Positions 25,641-41,000 of a DNA stretch of 64,000 nucleotides are shown here, in pieces (position 1 is the stretch's first letter; each line of letters begins with the position of its first letter). This DNA comes from the human T2T-CHM13v2.0 reference genome, Homo sapiens: the NCBI RefSeq assembly GCF_009914755.1, contig NC_060940.1, one strand, 5' to 3'. The translations under genes were made by a program, and so were the position numbers. The notes below the pieces were generated by a model, which was not told where the DNA came from, did no database searches, and was given only the letters and a program-made list of their open reading frames with translations.

Positions 25641-25744
25641 ATTTACATACTGTGCTTTTCTTGTCCCTCAGGGCCACATTTTTGAGTTGGTCCATACAAA
25701 GCAACAAATTAAGCATTTAGGGCTTTATGGACAAACCCCACTAT

Positions 25745-25997
25745 TTTTTTAAAATTTTTTAAAATTCTTTTTTAGAGACAGGGTCTCACTCTGTCACCCA
25801 GGCTGGAGTGAGTGGTGAGATTACAGTTTGCTGGAGCCTTGAACTGCCAGGCTCAAGCAATCTTCCCACCTCAGCCTCCCGAGTAGCTGGGACTACAGGC
25901 GCATGCCACCATGCCAGGCTAATTATTTAAATTCTTTGTAGAGGTAGGGTCTGACTATGTTGAACAGGCTGGCCTTGAACTTCTGGCCTGAAGTGGT
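25745..25997 (-). mobile_element. AluJ, 5'-truncated
   Basis: gagacagggtctcactctgtcacccagg...; TSD ccactattt. Confidence 0.88.
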
Positions 25998-26042
25998 CCA
26001 CTATTTAAGGTCTTTGACAGTGCAGCTTTACGGGTAATGACA

Positions 26043-26560
26043 TGTATTAGTTATCTAATACCATGTAACAAATTACTCCCAAAGTTAGCCTCTCAAAACA
26101 ACAAAAGTTTCTTTTTCATCTCATAGAGTTTCTGAGGTCCAGGAATCTGGGAGTGGCTCTAGCTCTAGTTTCCTTGTGAGGTGGTGGTTCAGTCCATCAG
26201 CTGGGGCAGCCGTCAGTGACAGTTGGAAGTACTGCTTCTAGACTCACTCATATGGATATTGGCAGGCCTCAGTTCTTCACCACATGGGCCTCTTTACAGG
26301 CTGCTGGAGTGTCCTGGAGACATGGCGGATGGCTCTCTACCAAATTGAGTTATGAGACAGAGAAAGCGGGGAGAGAAAAGGGAGAAAGAAGGGAGAGATG
26401 CTAAGATGGAAGCCATAGTCTTTTATAACCCAACCTCAGAGTGACATACCATCACTTCTGCCATGTTCCATTGGAACTCTTGTACAGTGTGGGAGGAGAT
26501 GGCACAAAGGCACGAATAACAGAAGATGGGGATTATCTCAGGGCCATCTTGGGGGTTCAT
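26043..26560 (-). mobile_element. MLT1 (F/G/H-like) LTR
   Basis: tgtattagttatcta...aacaaattactcccaaa...caggaatctgggagtggct...gtgacataccatcacttctgcca. Confidence 0.75.
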
Positions 26561-26701
26561 TCTCATGTATCTTATTCTGATTCTCAGAAGAGAGCCCTGG
26601 ATAGAACATGTAACTCTGTATAACAGTAAATCATTTCCTAATGTCTTCTTCCATTTCAGGGGCCAGTTGGGTGGAAAGTTTGATTACCAGTGTGCTTATA
26701 A

Positions 26702-26982
<281 letters not shown>

Positions 26983-27004
26983 GAGATAGCTCTTGGATAA
27001 TATG

Positions 27005-27365
27005 CTACTTAAGAATACAGATTCTGGTGTCAGCAGCCCAGCTTTGAATACTCTCTCTGCCTCTTGATATCCATGTAAACTGAGGATATTTTGAAGCTTT
27101 TCTTCTTACAGAATTGTGGAAGCAATGTATAAGTTATCTAATACTCTGTATTAGTTATCTAATACTGTGTAAGAAATTACTCCCAAAGTTAGCCTCTCAA
27201 AACAACAAACATTTCTTTTTGTTGAATGAGTTTTCATCTCATTGCTGTAGAATAGGATCCTAGTAGTATCTACCTCATGGAGTTGTGAGGATTCAGTAAG
27301 TTACTTCATGTGATGCTCATACCAGAATGTTTGCCAGACTAAGGGCACTTAGGAAGTGTTGACTT
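27005..27365 (+). mobile_element. MIR containing an inserted copy of the upstream MLT1 end
   Basis: MIR head, then insert 27126-27242, then tagtatctacctcatggagttgtgaggatt. Confidence 0.65.
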
Positions 27366-30300
27366 TTATTCTTTGGATTATCCCACAGCTAATCAGTGCC
27401 AAAGTAATTGTTGCTTCCCATAGCTTATCCTTCACTAGATGGAAGTGTCCTAGACAGACCTCTGAGACGAAGTCAGTCTAAACAACTTCTGGCAAGCTAT
27501 GAGCTGTAATTGGGTTAAATAGTTGCGACGTGGAGAAATCTACTTTTCTGTTGCAGAAGTTTCATGGGCTCTGTCAACCTTTCTGTCCATGGGTGGTTTT
27601 CTGTGGGAACCCATCCTGTGAGTACCTTGACAATAACAGCTTACCTACCATCCAGAATTTAGTATTCTCCCTTCATTCTCTAGAGAAAACCCAAGCATAC
27701 CTTCCTGAGTGGTTGGCCAGTGGCTGAATTCCACGGCTGTTTCGTTAAGTTCTCTTTAAGCAGATTTTTCAAGTCTTCCCTATTTATATCTTTTGAAATC
27801 CAATCTCCTTCAATCAATTTTAATCCCCTAATGTGTTTGCTATAAGTACTGTACAATTCACTTGTCCTCAATAATAAAATTCATTTTGGTGCAGCCTGCC
27901 GGTAATTTGTTTGAGAAGAAGTCGTTAGGAAACCCTTGCATTCTCTTCTGGTTTAGAGGACGACCTTCAGTATTGATAGCATTTTGTTGTCATGCGCTTG
28001 AAGTATTCTTTCATGATTGACAGTGCCGTTTAAATAATGGACTACAGAGCCATGTGCTTAAATGAAATCTGACTACACTAATTTCGTTATATATTAGGAA
28101 ACTTCAAGTGTTCTACAAGGACACGATTTCATTGACCATGGATTTATATTTTCAGTTTGTATGAATTATACCCATTGTGTATTGTTCCCCCTTCACTGTA
28201 AGATACTCTTTTGTTTTGAAAATCAGTGTTTTTGTGTTTTAACTCTCAATGTATGCTGCATAAGCAAAGGATTGTGTTCCAGGCCCCTCCTGGAACAGGC
28301 CAAAGTAAGTAAAATCGAGAATTTTTTATATGAAAGATAGAAGAAGTATAGCATTATTGACTCAGCTTAATACTGAGTTAATACACTCTAATAAGGCTCA
28401 GAAGATATAAAAGATCCACTGTACTCTCTCTATATATATATATACACACATACATACACATATAAAATATAATTTATACATGTATGCTTAATTGGAAAAA
28501 ATAAAGATCAAGAGCATGTTTTATTGTTTATCTGTATCTCTAGCTTTTTTTAACAGCATATAAAGACAAAGCACCTTTTTATTTAGGCTTGGCTAAAAAT
28601 TATCAGTCATATGTAGATGATTTTGCAGTATCCGCCAACTTCCTACTCAGGAAAAGTTATAGCAGATGGCAGAATTTATGTGCCATGTGGCATTTGTTTA
28701 AGTGTGGAAATAGCTAATATTTTTTCCTCAATTATTATAACTATTTTACTTTTAAAGACTCAATTAACTTTGAAATACCATTCTTGATGGGTGCCTCAGT
28801 TAAGGATGGGATGGGGAGAAGGAAGAGAAATTTGAAATCTTGCAGGGCCTTTGATTGAATAACGGTTATATTGCTCATTAATCAGAGGCTCTGGGTACCC
28901 TGTTTTCAAAATAACATTATTGTTTACTAAATATAGACTCCTGTGGAACTGTTAAGGAGAAGGTCCTACTGAGATGAGCAGGCATTGTGGATTGGCCTTT
29001 CTACTACCAAGGACTGGGATTCACATTTGCAAGTTTGTGGGTCCTCAGGGAGAATATCTTGGAGTTGACATCATTTCAGGCATATAGCCCGTAATTTGTT
29101 TTGACAACTACAAACAAAAGGGGTCTATTCCCAAAAGGCTTCTTCGAAAATTGTCAGAGGCTCTTGCCGTTGATAATGTGAGCTGCTGCTCCCAGGGCTG
29201 AGGGCCTGAGAACCACAGCAGGACTGGAATCCAGTGGGAGGAGCAAGGAAGCTGCAGGGGGTGACGGTGGGCATCCTTCCAGAGAGAAGGGCACATTTGA
29301 AACCTAGGAGACCATTCCTGTCAGGAATCAATATCAGGTGACTGTGATCTATGGCAGAGACCCAGTGCTCGGAGTGATTTTTTTAAGTTGTGTATGCTTC
29401 ATATAGATTTTCTTTCCTGATTTGAGTTTTTCTACTTGGGTGAAATAAAAGGCAAGGGGTTTGTGTGCTGGGGTAGTCGGGGAGAGAGGAGAGGATTTGA
29501 TGGAGAACATCAAGGACCTGTTGCTTGCCTGTTTTCTAGGAATCCTTACCTGTAATCAGCTCATTACAGAGAATCTTGGGGTTCTCTTGAGCCTGCTGAA
29601 GGCATGCCTCCTGAGATCCATTGAATAGAGCAAAAGGATCAGTCAGGAAATATTTATTACACAGAGGAAAGAAGAATGCACCAGCAGAGTTCTGGGCCTG
29701 CTGCAGCAACTCAGTAAATATTTTTTGAGTGAATTAATTTATCAAAAAAGCATATGTAAAAATATGAGTCATTATCATGAGTGGTTTGATTGAGGATGAT
29801 ATTTCTTTTCTTAGTTTTTACAACTGTTGGTAACATTTGATTAATTACTTTTATTACAATTATGATTATCATCATTTTATATACAGTTGTACTCCTTGCC
29901 TGTGTTAACAATTTGGTGATAGCCTTTCACATTTTTATACCTTTACATGGCCTGTATAAGTATACAGTTTTGTCCTAATATACATGAAATAATAAAAAGT
30001 GGATTTTTCTGCCAATACACACTTAGCAAGCGTTCCAGGGTCTCTTTATGTATTAGAACATAATCTCATTGTCATCTCATTCTTTTTAAAACGTTACTTG
30101 ATATCCCGTCGTGGAAGTATAATATTTATTTAAATATGTTTTGCCTATATTTGATTTCATAATGTATATTTTTAAGTGACAAATCTGTATCAAATTCTAT
30201 AGGACATAGAGAATAAACCCATGACTCTTCCAAGTTGTCTGAGATCTAGTTATGAATTTTGCACATTTTCTTAATGAGTATGTTCTGCTTTTAAAACATT

Positions 30301-30532
30301 AAAGGTTGAAGAACGTTTTAAATCTACTTACAGGATCAAAACTATGCACATGAAAAGAATGTCTAACCTTTGTTGGGCTCTTATCTAAGAGACACTAAGC
30401 GTGCATGTACAAATATATATAAACTCATTAAAATCCCTTCCATTATTTAGCGTGAACCGTAGCATAGCCAGGCAAGATTGCTGAGTCTTCCCCAGATGGA
30501 CAGCTATGTTTTCACATCTTCCCACCTTCTCT

Positions 30533-30828
30533 GTCTTTTTTTTTTTAGACAGAGTCTCACTCTGTCACCCAGGCTGGAGTGCAGTGTCACTATCTCAGCT
30601 CACCGCAACCTCTGCCTCCCGGGCTCAAGCGATTCTCTTGCCTCAGCCTCCCGAGTAGCTAGAATTACAGGTGTGAGATATGCACCCAGCTAATTTTTTG
30701 TGTCTTTTAGTAGAAACGGGGTTTCACCATGTTGGCCACGCTGGCCTCGAACTCCTGACCTCAAGTGATCCACCCACCTTCGCCTCCCAAAGTGTTGGGA
30801 TTTTAGGAGTGATCCCGCATGCCCAGCC
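30533..30828 (-). mobile_element. AluS
   Basis: Alu reverse complement. Confidence 0.93.
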
Positions 30829-31574
30829 ATCAATAAATACTTACTAAGTGCCTACTTTGTTCCCAAGAGTGCTGGGAACTTACCAGTGAACAAAATAAAT
30901 ACCTTCCCTCGGGGACCTTGAACTCAAGTCTAGTCAGGGATCACTCTATTAAGAGATCAAGTCAACACTCAATTCTCCTACAGACTCAGATAGGATAGTA
31001 TTTTAATTTCTCCTTGATCTGCTCCCTTAGACCCTAGACCATGGGCACTGCAGATTTTTGCACCTTTTGTAGAGGCAGGGTTTCACCACTACCAGAGACT
31101 TTACCATCATTTCTATGTGAAGGGAAACAGTGCCCTTTCAGTAGACAACGTTAAATCAGCCATCAGACGTGGGTCATGGTGGGTTTGCCGTGACTGCCAC
31201 AAACACGCCTCACCGAAGTCTGCCAGTTGACGCCATACCCTCCCCTAGAAAGTAAGAAACAGAGAAAGGCTTTCTCCTGCCCCGGACTGTCTTTCTCTCA
31301 GCTCTAAGAAATTTCTTTACAGCTGTTACTTTATCCTGGCCTGTCTCTTGAGTAAGAAAACTGCTGGAAAGAGTCTGCCATTCACTCAGATCATAATCAG
31401 GGAGCCTGCTGTCACTCAGGAAGGGCTTTAAAAAATTCTTCTGATTTACTGTGAGTGCAAATCTCTGATATTCCTGCATCTCCCCATCCATCTTATTTTG
31501 ATTTTACACATAGTGCGATTTTGAAAGGAAGCGGTGTTTTTGGAGAGGTAGAAAAACTCTGGAAAATAAGGCTT

Positions 31575-31940
31575 ATGACGTTGGCCATCAGCACGGGGCT
31601 GCTGTCTGCTCTGTGACATGCTCAGGGGTGACGCGCCTCCCGAAAGAGACACTTGGTAGAGAAGGCACGGGCGCGAAGCCCGGCTGCGGGAGAGCTGGGA
31701 GCCTGAATGTCGCTGGCTGCCGTTCACAGCAGGCTCTCTCTGAGCACCGTGGGGAGGCAGTGACACCCGCTGGCCTCGCAGCGACACTCCGGCAGCTGTC
31801 CTGTTTTCCAGCCTGGACGTGATAGGTGTGTCTTGGAGGACAGTTAGAGGAAGACAGGCAAGCCATACTGGCCTCCCTCGAGGTTATACACTCGCTTAGG
31901 TTAGGTTGCTTCTAACAGACATCCTCCGCGGGCGTTGAGG
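31575..31940. promoter_or_regulatory. Small orphan CpG-rich element (candidate enhancer or alternative promoter)
   Basis: About 23 CpGs in ~360 bp of GC-rich unique sequence, in an otherwise CpG-depleted window. Confidence 0.55.
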
Positions 31941-32192
31941 CAGCCAGCTTCACTGTCACCCAGACAATTTTTCTCTCGCTCTGCCAACCCTGTTCCCCTT
32001 TCAAGAATGTTTAAACTCTTCATTCAAGCGATGAGAGGGAAACACTTGAGCTGCACACTCAAGGAGATGTGGGTTTCCATTCTGGCCTTGCGATATATTA
32101 TTGGTGGGACCGTGGGTGAGTCACTTAACTTCTCTAGTCCTCAGTTTTCTTATCTGTAAAGTGGGCTCCAGCATACGGCTTAACTGAGGTAA

Positions 32193-32662
<470 letters not shown>

Positions 32663-32692
32663 CGTATCTTCTATTAAGAACCAGCAACCACG

Positions 32693-32991
<299 letters not shown>

Positions 32992-33268
32992 CAGCATCCA
33001 GGAATGCTATCGTGTAGTTGCTTTGAGACATGGCCTGGGGTCTCCCCGCAAGGCGACAGGACAGATTACGACACGTTGTTTGAAATCTGCCTTTAGAAAA
33101 AGACACGGCCTCATTTTATGCCTGTGAGTGATTTTTCTTCTGTGTCATATCATAACTCTGATAAAGATAATTACATCCTAGTGTCTAAAGGCAATGATGT
33201 GCTTGATTAAGCCTATGCATGTTGTTTGGTCCTTGTATATTTATATTTTCTTCAAATTTAAATGGATA

Positions 33269-33794
33269 CTAAGTCCTCTCAACATTGTCTATAGATTGCT
33301 GGAAACTGTGACTTTAAGCAAAATGACGTGTAACAGAATACCTTTTACCATGAGCTGATTGATACAAACAAGAGTTAAGTTCCTGCAGCACATTTCTGGT
33401 CATAAAAGCATCACTGATCTTCTAAATAAAGACCCAAAACACTTCTAAAATTAAACATGAAAACACATGTGAACCATACATACATTTTAAAAAGATTAAT
33501 AAAGGGCTAGGCACGGTGGCTCATGCCTGTAATCCCAGCACTTTGGGAGGCCACGGTGGGCAGATCACCTGAGGTCAGGAATTTGAGACCAGACTGATCA
33601 ATGTGGTGAAACACTGTCTGTACTAAAAGTACAGAAATTAACTGGTGTGGTAGCAGACGCCTGTAATCCCAGGTACTCGGGAGGCTGAGGCAGGAGAATC
33701 GCTTGAACCCAGGAGGTGGAGGTTGTAGTTAGCCAAGATCACAGCACTGCACTCTAGTCTGGGTGACAGAGTGAGACTCCATCTCAATAAAAAA

Positions 33795-33825
<31 letters not shown>

Positions 33826-34407
33826 AGATTAATAAAAACATGCAAGATAATTTAGCCAGTTTTTGATTAATCAGTGATGGTGGTGGTAGGCATGGTGCGT
33901 TACATCAAAAAATAATTTTTTATTTTTGCAAAGCAAAAACTGTCAGGAGCACCTCCCCCCATCACACAGTTCAAAAACAATGACTAGCATGGCAGGCTCA
34001 CTGGGCACCTTCATACCGCATTGTTTATTGTTGTGCACTTTTATGATTAGCATCTACTTTATCAGTTTTTATTTGGCAGTCGTGAGTATTCATTCTTTCA
34101 TTTTGCAACCTGCTTATTCCAGTTCAGGCTTTCGAGTGGGTGGAGCCTATCGTAGCATCTCAGGGCACAAGGCAGGGACCACTCTGGTCAGGATGTGCTG
34201 ACACACACACTCACTCATGCTGAGACGACGTAGACATGCCATTTCCCCAAACACGCACATCTTTGGGATGTGGGAGGAAACCGGAGTACCCGGAGAAAAC
34301 CTACGCAGACATGGGGAGAAGATGCCAACTCCACATAGTGGACCCAGTTGGGAATCAGATTTTTTTCTTATCAACATTGTAACATAATATTATTCGAAGA
34401 CCTGCTG
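33269..34407 (+). mobile_element. Tigger3/GOLEM-type (MER7B-like) TcMar DNA transposon
   Basis: taagtcctc...ggaaactgtgactttaagcaaaatgacg...ggaggaaaccggagtacccggagaaaacc...ttattcgaagacctgctg; TA on both flanks. Confidence 0.85.
33505..33826 (+). mobile_element. AluS nested in Tigger3
   Basis: (TAAA)n tail; TSD aaagattaataaa. Confidence 0.93.
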
Positions 34408-34849
34408 TACTCTGAACTGTTCATTCTTCTAAGGGTCTTAAAAACTTGAGGACATTGAAATGCTATGGCTCACCCTCCTATTTTCTTTCTTAGGTATGTT
34501 TTTACTGAGTCCTCTGAACCTTCTTTGAACTCCAACTGGGAGGAAATAACAGCTAATGGGGGGTTGTTCCTATTTTTGTTGGCAGGGTGAGGGAGGGTGG
34601 TGACTGAGGTCAAACTATGTGGAAGGATATTTTATTTACTAAAACAAAAGAGGCAATAATTTTTTACTGCAACGTTAGGGATTTATGCTAGATAAAAGGA
34701 AGTTCCCACAATCCTGGGGGAAGGGTGTTAAGCCAAGGCAAAGATTTCACAGCTGTTGGGAAATTGCTTTCTGAAAATACTAAAGGATACAGTGCCAGAG
34801 TCACTGGCCATCTGCTAATAATTTATGTTCCTCATCCCCAGCAAAGATA

Positions 34850-35200
34850 AAGAACCTGTAAAGAACCACCCATCTAGGGATACATTTCCAGCCCCCCTTT
34901 TATCAAAGCGGTGACATGTGACCGAATTCTGCCCAGTGACATGTGGGAAGAAGTGGCTCTTTCAGGACTGTTCCCCCAAAACTGTCTTTGGGATGCTCCA
35001 AACTTCTTTATTCCCCCAATCCTCTGATGAACATGCACCTGACATTGGATGCTACATGTTAAAAACGGAGTTGTCATCTTCTACCTGGGTCGCTGAATGA
35101 CTGTGTGGATCAGGAAGCTCCCCACTCTTCCCTGCCATGACTGAACTAGCCACTGTCATCTGGAGGGTGTCTGTAATAGCATCTAGCATTGCCTAACATC
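34850..35200 (+). mobile_element. Old MLT1 (I/J-like) LTR
   Basis: catttccagcc...catgtgaccgaattctgcccagtg...ctgggtcgctgaatgactgtgtgga. Confidence 0.6.
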
Positions 35201-35392
35201 ATACTAATGGAACACTACATATTTTCATCTGAAGTGATATCAGTGGAATTTCCACTGAAAGCAAAGGTTTAGATTTTGGAGCAATAATGCTTAATATTTG
35301 TCAGTAGGAGCTTATTAAATATAAATACCAGTCCCAGTGCTTAGAACTTTTTATGTGCTGTCTCCTTTCATTTTCCTTCCAACTCTCCAGTT

Positions 35393-35720
35393 TGTATCAG
35401 TCGGGGAACACCAAGTTGTGCTGTGGTGACAAATAGCTCTGAAATCTCAGTGATATAACACAACAAAGGTTTATTTCTTGCTGATGAAGATTCACTGAGG
35501 TTCTGGGACACTCTACAGAGAAGCTCTTCTGCATGTATTGGCTCATCATTCCCAGTGGTTTTACTCTTAGGAACCCACCATGTCAATAAGTAGTTCCACA
35601 TGGTCCCAGGGGAAGTCCACCTGGATGTCTCACAGTGGTAGTCAAGTGCTTTGACAAGGAAGTGACACACCCTACTATCACCAAATCCCATTGGCCAGAA
35701 CCAGTCACATGGCCTCCTTT
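35393..35720 (-). mobile_element. Old MaLR/ERVL-type LTR (MLT1-like)
   Basis: tgaaatctcagtgatataacacaacaaaggtttatttcttgct...cattggccagaaccagtcacatggcc. Confidence 0.6.
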
Positions 35721-36518
35721 TCCCTCCTGTATCCCTACTATGTGCTCAGGAAAAAAATAAACCAGATAGTGAAGCAGGAAGGACTATATGGAAGGATATT
35801 TTATTTATTAAACAAACGAGGCAATCATTTTTTACTGCAATGTCATACAAATGAGAAGGCTGGGATTCAGAGAGCTTCAGTCACTAGGACAAGGTTACCC
35901 AGTTAGGAAAGCACAGGTTTTGTGATGAAGGGTGTCACCCAACAGTGCTTATTTCATTGAAGAGCCATTTCTAAAATTACTTTTCTGTGTTACAACAAAA
36001 AATAAGGTAATAAGTTAGTCCTCAAGCATCTTGCAGTTCAGAGCTGGAAACAGACAAGTAAAACGACCAGTTACCTGCATTCTAACTACTACTAGACATC
36101 AGATAGCACTTTACATATCATTACCTCATATCTTACGTAGTGATAAGGGAATGTGAGAAAACTTTTGCAAGTCATCACAAAACACTTTTTTCAGGGGCAT
36201 AAGAATCTTGGCCTAAAATGGATCATCATGTAACAGGCTGAGAACAGGGTAGTGGGAAGTTAGCGAAGCAATGTCCCCGGGACACAGCAGTGGGTGAAAG
36301 TGTGTTGTGATTCATGACCTTATGGATGGACGGTGTTCTCATCCATCTGTCCTTGGCTGGGTAGCTGATGGAACAGTGATCTGCTTCTCTGGGTATTTGG
36401 GAGAAATAAATAAAAATCCATGGTAAAATGAAGCTGTGTTCTGCATTTTACTCAGCACAAGCATTCTGTCCTAAACTCCAAACATTGTGCCCAATGGGGA
36501 TGTCGGCTATGGGTATTG

Positions 36519-36521
36519 GTG

Positions 36522-36558
<37 letters not shown>
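36519..36558 (+). repeat. (GT)n microsatellite
   Basis: Directly visible. Confidence 0.95.
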
Positions 36559-36561
<3 letters not shown>

Positions 36562-36792
36562 CATGGGAGAAACAGAGGGACATAGGAAGAGACAAAAATA
36601 TAGAGAAGGAGAGAGAACCCCAGAGAGAGAGAAACAGAGAGTGAAGAAGAAACAGAATATTTTCCATTTATTTCAAGTCAGTTATCCCAAGTTTTAGTGG
36701 GATCAAAGTAAAATAGATAAAAATGTATTTATTAAATATAATATAGATTTTTTTAAGTATATTTCCTGGTTGCTAAAAAATAATCTTTGCTC

Positions 36793-37000
36793 GAGGCATA
36801 AGAATGATACAATGGACTTTGGGGACTTGGGGGAAAGGGTGGGAGTGGGGTGAGGGTAAAAGACTGCAAATTGGGTACAGTGTACAAATTACGGCTCTGG
36901 TGATGGGTGTACCAAACTGTCGGAAATCACCACTAAAGCACTTATTTATGTAACCAAACACCACCTGTTTTCCCAAAACCTATGAAAATATAAAAATAAC
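36793..37000 (+). mobile_element. L1PB 3' end
   Basis: gaggcataagaatgatacaatggactttggggacttggggg...aaatcaccactaaag...tgtaaccaaacaccacctg. Confidence 0.88.
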
Positions 37001-37121
37001 AAATAATTTTTGAAAATATTTGCTCAAAAATGAGGCTACTGAAATGATGTTATGTTTTCTTCTATTTTGGTTCTACCTAGAGAAATTTTAATGTTTTATG
37101 CCAAGCTGTTCATGCTTAGTT

Positions 37122-38202
<1,081 letters not shown>

Positions 38203-38604
38203 AGGCCTGTTCATCTTTTAAGGGTTTATGTTGTTTGACTTTTTCCATCACAAATTTTTATTCACCTCAGTTTGCTGATAACTATTTCCAGGTAAGCTGG
38301 AGTCATAACACACATTTGCCAATTATCTGGAGAGGAGCACTACTTCCTAATTATGTGGTCATTGAAGAGCTAGTTGATCATTAAGCTACACTGATATGCA
38401 AAGCCACAATAATAAACAGCAGGCAAGATTAAAAACTCCGTAAGACATAATCCCTTATGGTCCTCTTCATAAACATACAAATAATGAAAAAATAAATACA
38501 CGTTTGCTCAATTCTGCAAAACCAGAAATGTCACAGGGGGGGATGCATAATAGTGATTGTATTGAGGGACCAACCTTGGTTGATTCTTTTGTGGGGTATA
38601 CACA

Positions 38605-38760
38605 GTAAACTCAGACATAAACCTGCAAGGTAGGCATCATTATTCTCCTTACCTTTCTAGAGATGAGACCAGCTGAGGCTCAGAGAAGTAAGTTCCCTGG
38701 CCCCACAAAGCTAATGAAGCCCTGGAGTTTAGATTCAGACACAGATTCTGTTATCCCCAA
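38605..38760 (-). mobile_element. MIR
   Basis: aacctgcaaggtaggcatcattattctcc...agatgagaccagctgaggctcagagaag. Confidence 0.65.
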
Positions 38761-39864
38761 AGACTAAGACCCTCAAAACATGTCAAGTGTTAACCGATGC
38801 CTAAATGGAACTCAATTTTTCCAGAAAGACCCTGCATATCTCATTTGGGCTTGCTTTTTTTTTTTTGCCCTTTTTTTCCCCCAAAATCATAATTGCAAAG
38901 GCAAGCTTCTGAAGCATTGATCAAGAATATATTTTGCTTTGGATGAAGAATGTGAAAAATGTGATTTTAGAAGAATGCTGTAAATATTTCTCCCACTTCA
39001 TTTTCTTTTCCCTTCTCCTTTTTCCATGCTGTGCCTTTTGAGTTATCCCCATATACTCTAAGTGCCAGGTAGGTCCACGTGGGACAACCAGAGTCTAATG
39101 AGTTCCTGCGCCACGCCCACCCCTAATGAAGCATCTTCAAGTAGGATTTCTAAAGACCCAGGGAAGCTTTCCCTTTGGTGATTTGCAAAGTCTGGCCACT
39201 TTAGAATTTATCTCCTGCACAGGGTTCTGTCTCTTTGCTTTTTCGATGATCCCTGTGAAGCATGAACCCAGCACCCTTGCCTTCCTCTTTGTTGGAGATG
39301 GTGGTTATTTGTTTGAGTCTTTTAGGGTGCTTTATTTTGTTGGTTTCACTGTTGGCAGCTGGTACAGGCTTCCTTCCCCCAGCTGTGTTGGCTGTTGTTT
39401 TGGGAAACAAGCCTTGCTCTTTTCCATGCAGACCTCTACCCTGGGCTCTGATGGTCTAGCTGAGGTGAAGCAAACCGTAGGTGAGTGCCAACAGGGGATG
39501 GCCCCTTCCTGGGCAGAAGGCGGATATCGATCTCATGTCAGTCATGTTGCCTGTCTATGAAAATACTACATGAGCTTCTCAGAAACAGGTGATCTATTGA
39601 TCCCCAAGCTGCTAAGGGGGCCTCCCTCATGGGTTCTGCTTAGCTCCTTAATGAGGGACTCACAGCTGTGTTTATGGAGGTCACCTGGAACTAGAGGCAG
39701 GTTTTACTGGGAACTCTCAAACTTTGTGAAAATTGGATGTGTGTCCCAGATTCTTAGCTTTGGTGTTATATCCCTCAAAGGATGCCACTGAGATTACATG
39801 TCCAACACAATCAGAGACATTTCAACATGTCAAGGTTTTCTTTTGCCCTAGGCATTCATATAAA

Positions 39865-40071
39865 CCAATCGTTATGAAACCGGGGCATTTTTGCTTCCCA
39901 AAGGATATTGATAATCTTTGGTTGTTGCAGTTGAAGGGATGCTACCAGCATCTAGTGGGAAAAGCCAGGGGTGCTGTACTGCTGCACATCTAACAAGGCA
40001 AAGACCAGCTCCCCACCCAACAAAGAATTATTGGGTTCAAAATGGCAATAACATTGAGGCTGAGAAAGCTG
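39865..40071 (+). mobile_element. MER20 (hAT-Charlie)
   Basis: ggggcatttttgc...gctaccagcatctagtggg...caacaaagaattatt...ttgaggctgagaaagctg. Confidence 0.75.
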
Positions 40072-40591
40072 ATTTAAGTCATATTAAAATGGACCCCTTG
40101 TAAATATAAAACACAATTTTGTGATAGTAAAAATTTCCAAAGAATTTTTATCACTTTCCTATTGAAGTGAATTAACTCTTAATAGCTCATTGAATTTATG
40201 ATTAGCTATTATTTCTCAGTAATCATCGCATAAACTTGAAAATTCTGATGAGAAAAATAATGTACAACTTATTTTCCAACATGATAAAATATTTATGAAC
40301 ACTAAATTTAACAATTAATGATGCTGACATAATGTTGCATTTTGGAGAAATATAATTAAGCAGTTATTAATTTTGTCTTTGTTCCTTGAAATGTTAGCGC
40401 CAATTTTTTTTTTTTTTCAATTTTTAGATGCCCTTGGACCTCAAAGGCCCTGACACTGCATGTGGAGTCAGGTGCATAAAACATCCTTGAATCTATTAAT
40501 TCTGGGCCTCCTCAATGAAAGGTTAAATTCATTTAAAATACTTAAATGATGACATCGTAGATCCAAGAGGTCAAATAAAATAAGGATTTAG

Positions 40592-41000
40592 TCTTTTTTT
40601 CTCTCCTTTCTTTTTCCCTCCACCATTTCTCTCTTCTCACTTCTTCATTTCTCATCTTCTTCCTCTCCTGACCGCTCCTTCCTCCCTTTCTCTTCTTTCC
40701 TCCCCTTTCTTTCCTTCCTCTTTCCCTTCCCTCCCCTTTCCTAGCTTCCCCTCCCCTCCTCACCCCTTTTTGAAATGTTGGAGTTCATTTCAACAGAAAC
40801 AACTGAGCTACAGTTCCAGCTGGTTTTCTAAGCTACAGTTCAATTATTACTATTATTTGCAATTTTTCTCCCCTCCCCTCCCCTCCTCTTTTCTCCTTTC
40901 CTTGAATCTATTAATTCTGGACCTCCCTCTTCCTCACTCTTCTCTCCTCTCCTCTCTTGTCTCTTGCTTGATGTCTCTCTCTCTCTCACCCTTCTCTTTG
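40592..41000 (+). repeat. Two polypyrimidine (CT-rich) tracts, 40592-40770 and 40863-41000
   Basis: Directly visible. Confidence 0.9.

Noticed and set aside
39126-39560. 144-aa ATG-initiated ORF
   Set aside because: No similarity I can recognise; length is within chance expectation for 64 kb in six frames.
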